64,000 nucleotides of DNA from Antechinus flavipes (Eukaryota), in NCBI RefSeq assembly GCF_016432865.1, contig NC_067398.1:137516001-137580000 (forward strand), read 5' to 3'. The position numbers were made by a program, and so were the translations under genes. Under the pieces are notes generated by a model. That model searched no databases. It was not told where the DNA came from and worked only from the letters and a program-made list of their open reading frames with translations. Numbering within the stretch: position 1 is the first letter of the stretch; the number at the start of each line of letters is the position of its first letter. Positions 63,111 to 64,000 of the stretch are shown here, piece after piece.

Positions 63111-63479
63111 TGGGGACTCAGTTATGGCTAGAAAGGCTTGGTTACTATGGAGTATCACTCCATGGTATGATTCCTGAGAACAAGCTTACATGAGATTTCC
63201 AGGGATTCCTGCTCTCAATCAGAAATATATAAAGCAGGTTTCCCAGGCACATGACCTTTCTTGTCCCTTTGGCCAAGGGAGGGAATGCACAGTAGGAAAA
63301 GAAGGGGGAATAAGATTTATAAATCTCCTAAAAGAGTTATGGCAAAGAGTTCAGAAGTCTTTTATTTCATTCATACTTGGTCTCCAACCCCAACATGAAT
63401 TTGAACATAAGAGATCAAGGTAGAACTAAAGGTCTTTATGTAACCTGACAAAAAACGAAGAGAGTGGAACAAAATTTAG

Positions 63480-63750
63480 GGAAAACAGCTGCTTTTCATT
63501 TCCTATGGAGAACTGAACATTAGGAAATGGTGTTTGTGGTGCAACACGAAGGATGTAAGTTAGACATACGGAAGAATTTCCTGTCATTGAGGATTGTTAA
63601 ATCCTAGAGTAGACTAAATTGAGAGGCCATGGAATCTCCTTCTTTATAAAATGACAAAAAGGACAGGGGAATAGGATTATTCATGTCAGTGTAGTTTAAT
63701 AGAGGGGAATAAGCAAGAGGCTCTCTCATGATGCTTTCTGACCCCAAACT
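63480..63750 (+). mobile_element. L3/CR1 3' end
   Basis: GAACATTAGGAAATGG..GGATGTAAGTTAGACATACGGAAGAATTTCCTG..GGCCATGGAATCTCCTTC. Confidence 0.7.
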
Positions 63751-64000
63751 TTTATAAAAAACAAAATGGAAATGGTTAAGAAGAAAAAAAATCTCATAAA
63801 TAGATTTTATTTATGATTTTTATTTTTATGTAGCCTTTATTTCCAGATATATCCTCCCACCAATCACCACCAAATAAACCCCCATTTTGTAAAACCAGTC
63901 TACATAGTGACTCTGACAATGTGTGCATCCACTTCTAAAATGAAAGAAGAAATATGATCTCATTGAAGAAAGCTTATACATGTGCCCAACTTTTGAATCT

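Noticed and set aside
1-64000. CRISPR arrays, tRNA or rRNA genes, operon-like systems
   Set aside because: No regularly spaced repeat-spacer arrays or intact RNA genes were found. The tRNA-like boxes belong to SINE heads and the DNA is mammalian.

Overview
This is AT-rich, strongly CpG-depleted vertebrate genomic DNA. Its repeats (WSINE1-, Mar1- and WALLSI4-type SINEs, HAL1/L1, L2, L3/CR1, RTE, 7SL copies) point to a marsupial, most likely a dasyurid; this is an inference from recalled family consensus sequences, not a database search. The window is mostly intronic or intergenic. No ORF in the track is a recognisable cellular protein: the longest credible ORFs are retroelement remnants (L1 ORF2 C-terminus at 13790-14353, CR1 RT at 35278-35667). 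Well-supported structural features are three solo LTRs with target-site duplications (TSDs), a full-length HAL1-like element nested in an L1, an L1-derived element lacking almost all of ORF2, a 2.2-kb L2 remnant, two 7SL retrocopies, a Charlie1-type hAT element bridging the 129-N gap, a near-identical 352-bp tandem duplication beside a 40-bp palindrome, and an unexplained ~175-bp dispersed duplicate next to an enhancer-like segment. The best candidate for something new is a set of well-formed minus-strand exons at 62193-62120, 61076-61012 and 59609-59517. Together they would encode a signal-peptide or transmembrane ORF preceded by an upstream ORF (uORF) whose stop lies next to the main start in both predicted splice forms. 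I could not assign a gene name, and the model is unverified. I see no unambiguous novel system.
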